64,000 nt of DNA from NCBI GenBank assembly GCA_030390025.1, contig CM059431.1, forward strand, positions 99,760,001 through 99,824,000, written 5' to 3'. The position numbers were made by a program, and so were the translations under genes. The stretch is from Squalus acanthias. Taxonomy: Eukaryota. Each line of letters opens with the position of its first letter. The first letter of the stretch is position 1. The notes under the pieces were generated by a model, which was not told the origin of the DNA, did not search any database, and saw only the letters and a list, made by a program, of their open reading frames with translations. Positions 1 through 12,547 of this stretch are shown in pieces.

Positions 1-101
1 AGGAACTGACTACTGTGCCCCAATCTAACCAGCAAATTGTTCTGTATATTTTTTTAAAAGTTCATTTAAAATCGGGTTGCTCACAGGTGGTGAATTGACA
101 C

Positions 102-297
102 TGATGTTCCCTCTGAGCTGCGAGCGTGCGTGGCCGCTCAGTGACCCGCGTGGCCGCTCAGTGACCCGCACGGTCCCTGCGCGAGACGCTCACCAGCTTT
201 TCCATCGGAAATACCGTGCAGGCGCAGAAATTTAACGGGACCGTGCGTTGAAATAAACAGGCCGCGCGGAACAAAGCGCAGCTTCCAGGGAAGATCG
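102..297. mobile_element. hAT-type MITE (196 bp)
   Basis: Imperfect TIRs (tgatgttccctctgagctgcg / cgcagcttccagggaagatcg) flanked by an exact 8-bp TSD attgacac (94-101, 298-305); internal 20-bp tandem duplication gcgtggccgctcagtgaccc. Confidence 0.8.
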
Positions 298-547
298 ATT
301 GACACTGCGAATAAAAAAAATGCTTATTTTTTTTGTGATGAACCCATGTTCAGCTGGATTCATCAAACTGCACCAGGTTAACATTCGGAAATATGTCAAG
401 GAATATTTTTTAAAGCCATATTTTAAAACGCTGCCCGACTGCGCTGGTTCAGGGCAGATTTTGGGTTCAGCGATATGTAAATGAGTTTGAGCGGAAACGC
501 GGGGAACAAAACACTTTTCAAAATGGGCGCGATTGCCGATCACACCC

Positions 548-700
548 ATAGAACGTACAGCACAGAAAGAGGCCATTCGGCCCAACTGGTCCGTGCCGGT
601 GTTTATGCTCCACACGAGCCTCCTCCCACTCCTCTTCATCTCACCCGATCAGCATAGCCTTCTATTCCTTTCTCCCTCATGTGTTTATCCAGCTTCCCCT
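548..700 (-). mobile_element. CR1 LINE 3' tail fragment
   Basis: Same 3' UTR (ggccattcggcccaactggtcc...) as the tails at 15163-15400, 43172-43390 and 44395-44585. Confidence 0.7.
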
Positions 701-1050
701 TGGTTTATGGTTTATAATAAACAGGGTTCCAGTTTTAAGTATAGCATGTGGTTGGTGATTGATGGGGGGCTTATTCTATATCTGTATTGCCATGTGCTCA
801 GCTATTTGTTTGTGTCAACTTAGTGAATGGTACTTCACAGCATGTTGTATGAACCTTCTTGAAAGAATATATTTATAGAACGTTACCTTACTGATTTACC
901 GCTGACAGTTTCTCTGAAAGGGTAACTCAACAGCTGACACAAGGCTTTTCCAAATGTTTTGGAAGTTTCCATCAGTACAAAGATGGAAAGTATCCGACTC
1001 TCGGCGAAACAGTAATTCATGGACGTCACTAATGGTGAAAGACAGTCATT

Positions 1051-1322
1051 GGAACAGGAGGAGACCATTCAGCCCCTCCGGCCTGTTCCGCCATTCAATC
1101 AGATCAGGGCTTTTGAGCAACAGGGGAGTCAAGGGTTATGGGGAACGGGCAGGAAAGTGGAGTTGAGGCCAAAATCGGATCAGCTTTGATCTCATCGAAT
1201 GGCGGAGCAGGCTCGAGGGGCCGAATGGCCGACTCTTGCCCCTATTTCTTATGTTCTTATGTTCTTATCCCTTAATACACTTAACCAACAAAAATCTAGC
1301 AATCTCAGTTTGGAAGTTTTAT
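1051..1322. mobile_element. Nested CR1 3' ends (a + strand tail inside a - strand tail)
   Basis: About 1110-1268 is a + strand CR1 tail ending in (ttcttatg)n; the flanks read as a - strand CR1 tail. Confidence 0.6.
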
Positions 1323-1394
1323 GCACTGTAGCTATTTTTGAACTTTCTTAATGGCTTGTCATTTTCCAGGACTTTTGGATATTTTGAGACCATT

Positions 1395-2104
1395 GGGCCG
1401 AATTTTGCGACCCCCCCTCAGGTGCGGACGAGGTGCGAAGCGCAGGCGCTGAAAACCGGCACTTGCGATCTGTCAAGAATCCTCTTGACAGATCATCCAC
1501 CTGCCCAAGAAAGGTGCCTCCGCGGGTGGAGAGTTGCGCTATTTGCACACATTCCGCCCGCTGAATGACTGTCAAATTCTACGCCTGGTAAGAGCGAGTG
1601 TAAGACCTGCTTTTACCAGCTTAAGAGTTTAAAAAATAGAAAAATGTAATTTTATCACTCATTTATAAATTAAAAATACTCTTCAAAAAGTAAGTTTATT
1701 TTTAGCCCCGTAAAATCATTTTTTTTTTCCAAAAATTAAATTTTTGTTTAAAATATTTAATTAAATGGCATTTTAATTAATTTTAAATGTGTAATGTTTT
1801 TTTTTAATTTATTTCATGTGTTGGTGTATTTTTTTTTTAGGTGATCCCCGTTCATACTCTAGACAGTTCTGTAGGTACGGACCTGTCAAAAGGTTGAATG
1901 GGGGATTCCCTTCTTCCATTGGTTGGGCCGGCTCACGTGATCCCAGGAGCGCCTACGAACCGCCCCTGGGATACGCGGGGCTCAGTCCGCGCGGACCCGG
2001 AGAGGCCCAGGATCACAAGCCGCCATTCTTCCCAGGCCACTGGGTAGTTTCGTGGACATTTTGCAGGGTCAGAGGCGTCTGCCTCCGATCGCAAATGTTG
2101 GCCC
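1395..2104. mobile_element. Non-autonomous PIF/Harbinger-type element A (710 bp)
   Basis: TIRs gggccgaattttgcga / tcgcaaatgttggccc; 3-bp TSD ATT on both sides; AT-rich core; internal blocks shared with 4058-4814. Confidence 0.75.
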
Positions 2105-2391
2105 ATTATGTAAATATTTTTTGTCTCTTGTGAATAAGGGTGGCCTATTGACCTGGTGCTTTTGTGAAAGAAGAACATAAGTGACGGAGGAACACTGAAA
2201 GAATCTTTTATTTATTGAAGTAGAACTTATTTAAATAATATAAAGGGGCCAAGCATTTGGCTTCCATTTTTTTCCTCCTTTCCTTCTCCTCTCAAAGTTG
2301 TTGGGGCCAATTGTCCTGAGCTTTGTCCCAGAGTTCCACTTATGCCCCGGGCACAAAGCTGAGGAGAATGGGGCAGAGATAGGGCTTGTTT

Positions 2392-2650
2392 TTTTATTCG
2401 TTCATGGGATGTGGGCGTCGCTGGCAAGGCCAGCATTTATTGCCCATCCCTAGTTGCCCCTTGAGAAGGTGGTGGTGAGCCGCCTTCTTGAACCGCTGCA
2501 GTCCATGTGGTGAAGGTACTCCCACAGCGCTGTTAGGGAGGGAGTTCCAGGATTTTGAACCAGCGACGATGAAGGAACGGCCGATATATTTCCAAGTCAG
2601 GATGGTGTGTGACTTGGAGGGGATCTTGGAGGTGGTGGTGTTCCCATGTT
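2392..2650 (-). mobile_element. CR1-group LINE family 2, 3' fragment
   Basis: Matches the 3' end of the RT-encoding copies at 21945-23003 and 59819-61015. Confidence 0.75.
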
Positions 2651-2652
2651 CC

Positions 2653-3760
2653 ATGGTGTTGCCAACCCTGCAGGAATTAAAGACAAATCTCCAGGACACT
2701 GCTGCCCGCAAAACCCGGGAGAAAAATCATAGGGCCGTTGAAAAATTATGGGGGAAAAATTAGGTCGTGCCCCATTTGGGGCGCAAATATCGTCTGGACG
2801 CAAATATTAGCGCCTGGCGCTAATTATCGCCACTGACTGGAAACTTCACTTTTACCGCCCCGGGAGGTGAGTGGAGCGCTAAATCAGGTGCTGCACACCT
2901 GTCTTAAGACGCAAAGGCCGAGCAGTGAGGCGCTAACTCAGCGCGCGAGCGCAGCGCAGCTGCTGCCAGTTAGCGAGGGAACACAGACACACTGGCGCCG
3001 GCCACTTCTTAAAGCGGGGGGGGGCCAACTGTTAGGATCAGTAGGCAAAACTACCTCACAAAGCGTTGAGTCAATGCAGAAGTCTCTCTTTCTCTCTCTC
3101 CGAATCTCTCTCTCTCTCTCAGAACGAGTGGTGCAAAAATGTCCACCACAGAAAAAGACAGGAAGAGGCCCCCTTTAAATAGCGCCCCCCCCAGCCCCAC
3201 AGCGATTGATAGCGTTCCAGTCTTCCGGTCGTTGGATGCGCCAGGCGGTAAGGCAGGGGGCGCCACTCAATTTCCGCACTGGGGCGCCACAAGGGCGTTG
3301 CACCATGGAATGACGTCACAATCTGCGCGCGCAGGTGGTCGCAGCGGTAAGGTTTAGCGCCGCCGCACAATCTCTAGTTAAGTTCCCGAGCGGCGCAAAC
3401 ATCGCTGCGCCCGGGCGTTAGCGGCTTTGCGCCCCATTAGCGCCCTCTTAAGGCGCTAACGGGAGGCGCAACCAACTGAATTTTTACCCCATTGTGTTTT
3501 AAACAATGTTCTTGGAACACTCTTGTTTAACAATATCAGACATGGGGAAAAAAATGGCTGTTTGACTGACAGTCAAGAATCATCCAATCAGGTAATTAAG
3601 AATCTGTTCGGTTTCCAATTGGCCATGGGGAAGGCGGGGCCACCGCAAGAATGGCTGTGTCGAGCGACCAATAGCGGGAGTGTGAGGGCGGGGCAGTTGG
3701 AGGCCGGAGGTCATGAGATGAAACCTCTGGGAATATGTCCAACAAGAGTTGGCGACCCTA
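2653..3760. mobile_element. DNA-transposon MITE with TAGGGTTGCCA-type ends (probably hAT), split by element C
   Basis: Ends gttgccaacc / gttggcgacccta; collinear with the intact copy at 16345-16731 once 2750-3490 is removed. No clean TSD seen. Confidence 0.55.
2750..3490. mobile_element. Non-autonomous PIF/Harbinger-type element C (741 bp)
   Basis: TIRs gggggaaaaatt / aatttttacccc; GC-rich subtermini; interrupts the host MITE; ATT on the right flank, TAT on the left. Confidence 0.7.
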
Positions 3761-4057
3761 GGCAGAGACCAAGCATCGTGGACCTCCGCCTCCTTTATGT
3801 TACCCTGGGATCTCCAGGGCTTCCCCTGAGAGTAATTGGAGGCAAGGCACAATTCAGGCGTGTTCCCTCTGCCTGGTACCCAGCTGTAGGGGCAACAGGA
3901 ACATTCAGCCTGTTGACTTTTTGCTGGGCAACTACTTTTATTAAACACTGTCACATTTGTTCAGCTGACAAGTGGTTTTTTTTACTTGTAATTAGGAAAC
4001 GAGGAAAAAAAGCAGAAATAGAAGTAACATAAAGTGTAAGAATGCACGAGAAATAAT

Positions 4058-4814
4058 GGCCCAGAATTTCGGCCTAATACGGGAGAGTACGCACTGTGTA
4101 CTCACCCGTATTCGGTCCCGAAGTGCCGGTTTCCTGCATGCACTGCGCATGCGCGGGAAACCGGCACTTCCGATATTGCGAAGGGGGCGGTTCCTAAGTG
4201 AACCGCGTGCGCACTACAGGCTGTGCGCACGCAGCACACTTAGGTTTTTTTTCAGGTTTGAACGCGAGGGTAAGTATGGAAGATTTTACACATGAAAAAA
4301 GGAGGTGTAAGACCCCCTTTTAACAAGGTAAGTAGTTAATTAAGTATTATTTAAAAAAAATTTCAACAGGTTTATCTTTTTTAGAGACTTTAAAGAAAGG
4401 TAAGTTTATTTTTATAACTTTTAAAAAGAATTTAAATTTTTGCAAAAATTTAAATTTTTGTTTAAAGTGGTTAATTTATTTAACTATAGTTATTTTATTA
4501 ATGTGATGGTTTTTTTTAAATTTAATTGAGCTGTTCTTTTGGGGGCAATTTGTATTCATAGTTTTGACAGGTCTCCTGTCAAAACTATGAATGAAAGATG
4601 GTGTGCTGCCATTGGCTCTCCATGGCCCACGTGATCCCAGAGGTCGCATCGAACTAACTGCGCCCCTGGGACACGCACACACTGCGCGCCGGCACCAGGG
4701 AGAGGCCCAGGACCTGAAGTTCCTGTGGGCCCGAAACAGAACGGCAGGCGCGGTAGGTAAGATCGCGCACGATCCTTACCCCCGCGGCAAGCCGGAGAGG
4801 CCAATTTCTGGGCT
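4058..4814. mobile_element. Non-autonomous PIF/Harbinger-type element B (757 bp)
   Basis: TIRs ggcccagaatttcggcct / aggccaatttctgggct; flanks AAT/ATT; shares aggtaagtttattttt, cacgtgatcccag and gagaggcccagga with element A. Confidence 0.72.
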
Positions 4815-4840
4815 ATTGAATTAAAGGGCAACTCCTATAA

Positions 4841-6720
4841 AAGAAAGAAAGACTTGCATTCCTACAGCGTCTTTCACGACCACTGGACGTCCCAAAGCGC
4901 TTTACAGTATGATTTGAAGTGCAGTCACTGTTGTAATGTAGGAAATACAGCAGTCAATTTGTGCACAGCAAGCTCCCACAAATAGCAATGTGACAATGAC
5001 CAAATAATCTGTTTTAGTGATGTTCGTTGAGGGATAAGTATTGGCCCCAGGACACCGGGAATAACTCCCCTGCTCTTTTTCGAAAAAGTGCCGTGGGATC
5101 TTTTACGTCCAACTGAGAGAGCAGACGGGGCTTCGGTTTAACGTTTAATCTGAAAGACGCCACCTCCGACAGTGCAGCACTCCATCAGTACTGCCCCTCC
5201 GACAGTGCGGCGCTCCCTCAGTACTGCCCCTCCGACAGTGCAGCGCTCTCTCAGTACTGCCCCTCCGACAGCACAGCGCTCCCTCAGTACTGCCCCTCCG
5301 ACAGTGCAGCGCTCCCTCAGTACTGCCCCTCCGACAGTGCAGCGCTCCCTCGGTACTGCCCCTCCGACATTGCGGCGCTCCCTCGGTACTGCCCCTCCGA
5401 CAGTGCGGCGCTCCTTCAGTACTGCCCCTCCGACAGTGCAGCGCTCCCTCAGCACCGCTCCTCTGACAGTGCAGCGCTCTCTCAGTACTGCCCCTCCGAC
5501 AGCACAGCGCTCCCTCAGTACTGCCCCTCCGACAGTGCAGCGCTCCCTCAGTAGTGCCCCTCAGACAGTGCAGCACTCCCTCAGTACTGACCCTCCGACA
5601 GTGCAGCGCTCCCTCAGTACCGCCCCTCCGACAGTGCAGCACTCCGTCAGTACTGCCCCTCTGACAGTGCGGCGCTCCCTCAGTACTGCCCCTCCGACAG
5701 TGCAGCGCTCTCTCAGTACTGCCCCGCCGACAGCACAGCGCTCCCTCAGTACTGCCCCTCCGACAGTGCAGCGCTCCCTCAGTACTGCCGCTCTGACAGT
5801 GCAGCAGTCCCTCGGTACTGCCCCTCCGACAGTGCAGCGCTCCCTCAGTACTGCCCCTCTGACAGTGCAGCGCTCCCTCAGTAGTGCCCCTCAGACAGTG
5901 CAGCACTCCCTCAGTACTGCCCCTCAGTCAGTGCAGCACTCCCTCAGTACTGCCCCTCCGACAGTGCAGCGCTCCCTCAGTACTGCCCCTCAGTCAGTGC
6001 AGCACTCCCTCAGTACTGCCCCTCCGACAGTGCAGCGCCCCCTCAGTACTGCCCCTCAGACAGTGCAGCGCTCCCTCAGTACTGCCCCTCCGAGAGTGCG
6101 GCGCTCCCTCAGTACTGCCCCTCAGACAGTGCAGCGCTCCCTCAGTACTGCCCCTCCGAGAGTGCAGCGCTCCCTCAGTACTGCCCCTCCGAGAGTGCGG
6201 CGCTCCCTCAGTACTGCCCCTCAGACAGTGCGGCACTCCCTCAGTACTGCCCCTCAGACAGTGCAGCACTCCCTCAGTACTACCCCTCAGACAGTGCGGC
6301 GCTCCCTCAGTACTGCCCCTCCGACAGTGCAGCACTCCCTCAGTACTGCCCCTCAGACAGTGCAGCACTCCCTCAGTACTACCCCTCAGACAGTGCGGCG
6401 CTCCCTCAGTACTGCCCCTCCGACAGTGCGGCGCTCCCTCAGTACTGCCCCTCCGACAGTGCAGCACTCCCTCAATACTCTCCCTCAGACAGTGTGCCGC
6501 TCCCTCAGTACTGCCCCTCAGACAGTGCGGTGCTCCCTCAGTACTGCCCCTCCGACAGTGCAGCCCTCCCTCAGCACTGCCCCTCAAACAGTGCAGCGCT
6601 CCCTCAGTACTGCACTGGGAGTGTCAGCCTGGATTTTGTGCTCAAGTCTCTGGAGTGGGCCTTGAATTCACAACCTACTGACTCAGAGGCCAGAGTGCTA
6701 CCCACTGAGTCACAGCTGAC
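4841..6720 (-). mobile_element. tRNA-derived DeuSINE (SacSINE1-like) with expanded internal minisatellite
   Basis: Deu domain (reverse of gatgagacgttaaaccgagg...gtaaaagatccc...gctgtgcgcaaattggctgc), L2-like tail at about 4845, tRNA-like head at about 6650-6720. Confidence 0.85.
5160..6615. repeat. 33-bp minisatellite, about 44 units
   Basis: Unit ccctccgacagtgcagcgctccctcagtactgc in direct tandem; 11-aa periodicity in the ORF track. Confidence 0.97.
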
Positions 6721-7224
6721 ACAATGGCAACGAAGCATGTTTTATTCATTACTATACATGGACTGGGACTTGAAATTCACTACGATAAAATCTTACGAGA
6801 TTTCTTTTAGTCATTTAGCATGTGAGCGTGTGCTCCTTAAGCTATAAATAACATTACATCTCAGTTGGCCACTTATCAAAGTATAAATTGAGGGAGGCAG
6901 AGGGGTTGGTGCTGAGCAAGATGGAGGCTAAACTCCAGAATCATTCTGGGCTTCAACCCAAGAGCAGGGCTCCCAGCGAGTGAACTGGTCACTAAATTGT
7001 GACGGGCAGCCATGTCTTTCAGTCCATTTAAATCAGTGGAAGGCAAATCACTGCCGGTCCAAATTTTCCCAACCAGACCTCCAATTAACAGTCCATCAAA
7101 TGGGGAAGAGAGACAGGTTGGATTTTATGTGGTTGCGTAGCCACAGCTTCTATTACAGGACTCCTTGAGAAACCTGATTAATTGTTCACTGCAGAAAAGT
7201 GAAAATTAGACAAGGCGAACGAAG

Positions 7225-7575
7225 AGTTTTGATAGAGTAATTAAGGAGAAACTGTTTCCAGTGGCAGGAGGGTCGGTAACCAGAGGACACAGATTAAAGG
7301 TAATTGGCAAAAGAACCAGGGAGGAGATGAGGAGAGTTTTTTTTTTACGCAGCGAGTTGTTGTGATCTGGAATGCGCTGCCTGAAAGGGCGGTGGAAGCA
7401 GATTCAATAGCAACTTTCAAAAGGGAATTGGATAAATACTTGAAAAGGAGAAATTCACAGGGCTCCGGGGAAAGAGCAGGGGGAGCGGGACTAATTGGAG
7501 AGCTCTTTCAAAGAGCCGGCACAGGCACGATGGGCCGAATGGCCTCCTTCCGTGCCGTATCATCCTATGATTCTA
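7225..7575 (+). mobile_element. CR1 LINE 3' fragment
   Basis: Encodes the ORF2 C-terminus (IWNALPERAVEA...FKRELDKY) followed by the CR1 3' UTR. Confidence 0.8.
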
Positions 7576-8539
7576 CACTACGTGGAGAAATGGCACCGTG
7601 GGACGTATTACTACGTTAAAGGCGCTATATAAATGTAAGTTGTTGCTGCAGTGGTTGCTACAGCTGGTAAAGAATGAGAGGAGGTAGATATCTAACAAGA
7701 GACTGTGTGGATTTCTGTGTTCACACGACATCGGTCACGGGAAATAATGAAGACATAAATAGCACGTTGAGGCAGCCTTGCCATTGTGTTTCCCACATTT
7801 CTGCAATTTTCTGCGTTCCTTAATTGGCACTGGACATTTCCCTTATTATTTATTAACATCCAGAAAAATATCAAAGAAAGAATATTTGTAAGGATAAACC
7901 CATTGGGATAAGATTCAACCAACTCTGTTTTATGAAATCGTATCTGTTCCCCTTACATTGTCACCTCTTTTTATGAGTCAGCCCCATGAACCAAATGGGA
8001 TTTCAGTAAAAAAAAAAATTTCCTTCAGTTAAACCTAAAAGGCGATTCATTGAAAGGGTCATTTCTATTTTCCAGCGATTACAAGTCAGATCATTGTGCA
8101 TACTTTCATGTTGTAAATGGATTCAAATGGAAGCAGTGGCTTTGCAGGAATAGACCAGTAATTGGCCACAGTCTGCTGAACAACACAGAGTGGATCGAGG
8201 AGGCAGAAGAATAGATAAGAAGTTTTAGGAATGACTGACAACCAAAAATGTATTCATGTGAGCGCGGCCTCGGCAAATCTAGCATTTGCGAAAACAGTGA
8301 TTGATTCAACCTTTAGTCTTATCCTTCAGTTATCCAATCTTAGTGCATCTGCAGTGCAAAACCGTGCAATGGCACAATCAAGCGCACATTGTAAGTTATG
8401 CAAAAAATAAAATATTACACTGCTCCGTTTCTTGCTGTCTGCTCGTTCTTTTTTTTTTACAAATTTTATGCTTTTTTTTTTACAAATTTTATGCCTTAGG
8501 AAAGTAGGAAATGTTGGGAACAGGAAAAGGCCATTGTAC

Positions 8540-10240
8540 CAAACCTTCTCCTGAGCCTACCAAGCCAAACTCCCCCCAAGTTTCCATCCCCCGCCCCCCG
8601 CCCTAGCCCTGATCTTGTATCTTTCTCCAGTTTCACCCCTATATCCCCTCATGCCCTCTCCGAGCTCATCTTGTCCATGAGACCTACCTCCTCAGCTCCC
8701 CTCGACCCTATTCCCACCAAACTGCTGACCACCCCACTTCCCTTCCTGGCTCCCATGTTAGCTGATACTGTTAACGGTTCTCTCTCCTCAGGTACTGTTC
8801 CCCCTCTCCCTTCAAATCTGCCGTCATCACCCCTCTCTTCAAAAAAACAACCCTTGATCCCTCATCTTCAACATCCATTTCCTCTCCAAAGTCCTTGCAC
8901 GTGTTGTCGCCTCCCAAATCCGTGCCCATCTTTCCTGCAACTCCATGTTTGAATCCATCCAATCAGGTTTCCGCCCCTGCCACAGTACTGAAACGGCTCT
9001 CATCAAAGTCGCAAATGACATCCTTTGTGACTGTGACAAAGGTAAACTGTCCCTCCTCGTCCTTCTTGACTTGTCTGCAGCCTTTGACATGGTTGACCAC
9101 TCCATCCTTCTCCAACGCCTCTCCACCGTCGTCCAGCTGGGTGGGACTGCACTCGCCTGGTTCCATTCTTATTTATCTAATCGTAGCCAGAGAATCACCT
9201 GCAACGGCTTCTCTTCTCGCTCTCGCATTGTTACCTCTGGTGTCCCCCAAGGATCTATCCTTCGCCCCCTCCTATTTCTCATCTACATGTTGCCCCTTGG
9301 CGACATCATCCGAAAACACAGCGTCAGTTTCCACATGTACGCTGACGACACCCAGCTCTACCTCACTACCTCTTCCACAGTCTGGACTGACATCCAGTAC
9401 TGGATGAGTAGAAATTTCCTCCAACTGAGTATTGGAAAGATGGAAGTCATCGTCTTCAGTACCTACCACGACCTCCGTTCCCTAGCTACCGACTCCATTA
9501 CTCTTCCTGTTCACTGTCTGAGGCGGAAGAAGACCGTTTGCAACCTTGGCGTCCTATTTGACCTTGAGATGAGCTTCTGGCCACATATCCGCGCCATCAC
9601 TGCCTACTCCCACCTCCGGAACATTGCCCGTCTCCGCCCCTGCCTCAGCTCAACTGCTGCTCAAACCCTCTTCCGTGCCTTTGTCACGTCCAGACTCGAC
9701 TATTCCAATACTCTCCCGGCCGGCCATTCATCTTCCACCCTCTGTAAATGTGAACTCATCGAAAACTCTGTTGCCCGTGTCCTAACTCGCACCAAGTCCT
9801 GTTCATCCATCACCCCCTGTGCTCGCTGACCTACATCGGCTCCCAGTCCAGCAACACCTCGATTTTAAAATTGTCATCCTCGTGTTCAAATCCCTCCATG
9901 TCCTCGCTCCCTCCCTATTTCTGTAACCTTCACCAGCCCCACAACCCTCCCGAGATCTCTGCGCTCCTCCAATTCTGCCCTCTTGAGCATCCCTGATTTT
10001 CATCGCTCCACCATTGGTAGCCGTGCCTTCTGCTGCCGAGGCCCTAAGCTCTGGAATTCCCTCCATAAACCTCTCCGCCTCTCTACCTCTCTCTCCTCCT
10101 TTAAGATGCTCCTTAAAACTTACCTCTTTGATCAAGCTTTTGGCCATCTGTGGCTCGTGTTAATTTTTGTTTGATAATCGCTCCTGTGAAGCATCTTGGG
10201 ACATTTTACTCTGTTAAAGGCGCTGTATAAATGCAAGTTT
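8540..10240 (+). mobile_element. L2 LINE, 5'-truncated
   Basis: RT remnant plus C-terminal RAF..GPKLWNSL and the L2 tail aaaggcgctgtataaatgcaag. Confidence 0.9.
8945..9829 (+). pseudogene. L2 ORF2 reverse transcriptase remnant
   Basis: QSGFRPCHSTETAL, LLDLSAAFDMVDH, GVPQGSIL and YADDTQLY motifs; frameshifted flanks. Confidence 0.9.
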
Positions 10241-10249
10241 GTTTGTTTG

Positions 10250-10733
10250 GATAGATTCACCAGAATGATACTGGGGCTAAAAGGGTTAAATTACGAGGCC
10301 AGGCTGCACAGACTAGGCTCGTATTCCCTCGAGTGTAGAAGATTAAGGGGTGATCTAATCGAGGTGTTTAAGATGATTAAAGGATTCGATAGGGTAGATA
10401 GAGAGAAACTATTTCCTCTGGTGGGGGGAGTCCAGAACAAGGGGGCATCACCTTAAAATTAGAGCCAGGCCGTTCAGGGGTGATGTCAGGAGTCACTTCT
10501 TCACACAAAGGGTAGTGGAAATCTGGAACTCTCTCCCCCAAAAACCTGTTGAAGCTGGGGGTCAATTGAAAATGTCAAAACTGAGATGGATAGATTTTTG
10601 TTGGGCGAGGGTATTAAGGGTTACGGAACCAAGGTGGGTAGATGGAGTTAAAATACAGATCGGCCATGATCTAATTGAAGGGTGGAGCAGGCTCGAGGGG
10701 CTGAATGGCCTTCTCCTGTTCCTATGTTCCTAT
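10250..10733 (+). mobile_element. CR1 LINE 3' fragment
   Basis: RLRGDLIEVFKMIKGFDRVD...WNSLP followed by the tail. Confidence 0.8.
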
Positions 10734-11289
10734 CTCAACCCTTTCTTACCATATCTATCAATCCCCTGAATCTGACCTAATTGCCTTTTGAATCCAATTA
10801 CACAATTATCTTCCTTAACATTCCTTGGTAACTTATTCGATGAGTCTATTACCCCGTATACACAATGGTTTGCTTGAATTCCCTATTTATTCCTAATTTC
10901 CTATGTTTTAAATTATGGCCTTAGTTTCGACACCTCCATTAATGTGAATAATTTGTCTGGAAATTTATTGATAAGGACAATTTGTCTTTAAAGATTTTGC
11001 AATGGCGTAGCACGGACATGTTTATTATGTTGCAGCTCAGTATATTTGTAGCTTATGTTGATTAAATCAGCGTACTGGTAAGACTGAAGGTCAGGATTAA
11101 TGGAGAGAGGTTTACATATTAAAAATAACACGTGTCATTTGAGGCTCTAAGTGGTGATGATGTACTGTTGACTTACTTCTTCAGAACCATTCACAGTTAA
11201 TCTCGTGTTTCGTGTGTCTATTGATTACTGAAATAGACCCCACCAATTGGCACGGAGTCTGCGCAATTGCCAGGTGTAACAAAGTAAAG

Positions 11290-12547
11290 AAATAAAGAAA
11301 GACTTGCATTTCTATAGCGCCTTTCATGACCACCGGACGTCCCAAAGCGCTTTACAGCCAATGAAGTATTTTTGAAGTGTAGTCACTGTTGTAATGTAGG
11401 AAACGCAGCAGCCAATTTGTGCACAGCAAGCTCCCACAAACAGCAATGTGATAAATGACCAGATAATCTGTTTTTTATCGATGTTGGTTGAGGGATAAAT
11501 ATTGGCCCCAAGACACCGGGGAGAACTCCCCTCCTCTTTTTTGAAATAATGCCGTGAGATCTTTTACGTGCGCCTAAGAGGGCAGACAGGGCCTCGGTTT
11601 ACCGTCTCAACCGAAAGACGGCACCTCCGACAACAACAGCTTGTATTTATATAGCGCCTTTAATGTAGTGAAACGTCCCAGGGTGCTTCACAGGAATGTT
11701 ATCAAACAAAATTTGACACCGAGCCACATCAGGAGATATTAGGACAGGTGACCAAAAGCTTGGTCAAAGAGGTGGGTTTTAAGGAGCGTCTTAAAGGAGG
11801 AAAGAGAGGTAGCGAGGCGGAGAGGTTTAGGGAGGGAATTCCAGAGCTTAGGGCCCAGGCAGCTGAAGGCACGGCCGCCAATGGTTGAGCGATTATAATC
11901 AGGGATGCGCAAGAGGGCAGAATTAGAGGAGCGCAGATATCTCGGGGGGGTTGTGGGGCTGATGGAGATTACAGAGATAGGGAGGGGTGAGGCCATGGAG
12001 GGATTTGAGAACAAGGATGAGAATTTTGAAATCGAGGCGCTGCTTAACCGGGAGCCAATGTAGGTCAGCGAGCACAGGGGAGATGGGCTCAAAAACTCAA
12101 AAAATTCACACTACAAACATTTCTTCCCACTCCCCCACCCCAGTTATAACAACAGCTTGTATTTATAAAGCGCCTTTAATGTAGTAAAATGTCCCAAGGC
12201 GCTTCACAGGAGCGACTATCAAACAAAATTTGAGACCGAGCCACAGAAGGAGATATTAGGACAGGTAACCAGAAGCTTGGTCAAAGAGGTTTAAAGAAGG
12301 TTAGGGAGTTAGAGAGGTTCAGGGAGGGAATTCCAGAGCTCAGGGCCCAGGCAGCTGAAAGCACGGCCGCCAATGGTGGAGCGGTTAAAATCAGGGATGC
12401 GCAAAAGACCAGATTTGTACACAGCCTCTCAATACTGCACTGGGAGCATCAGCCTGGGTTATGTACTCAAGCCTCTGGAGTGGGACTTGAACCCACAACT
12501 ACTCTGACCTGGAGGTGAGGGTGCTGCCCACTGAACCACAGCTGATA
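11290..12547 (-). mobile_element. DeuSINE body (11290-11630) and head (12420-12547) separated by two L2 3' fragments
   Basis: The Deu domain stops at cacctccgac; L2 3' ends occupy about 11631-12085 and 12147-12415 (- strand); SINE sequence resumes at tcaatactgcactggg. Confidence 0.75.

Noticed and set aside
5160..6615. CRISPR array (33-bp periodicity; same for the other five arrays)
   Set aside because: Units are contiguous with no unique spacers, sit inside a SINE, and there are no cas genes in this vertebrate DNA.
5138..6681. Long Cys/His- or Ser/Thr/Pro-rich ORFs as zinc-finger or mucin genes (also at 35138, 58291 and 61906)
   Set aside because: They result from a 33-bp unit that is stop-free in several frames on both strands.
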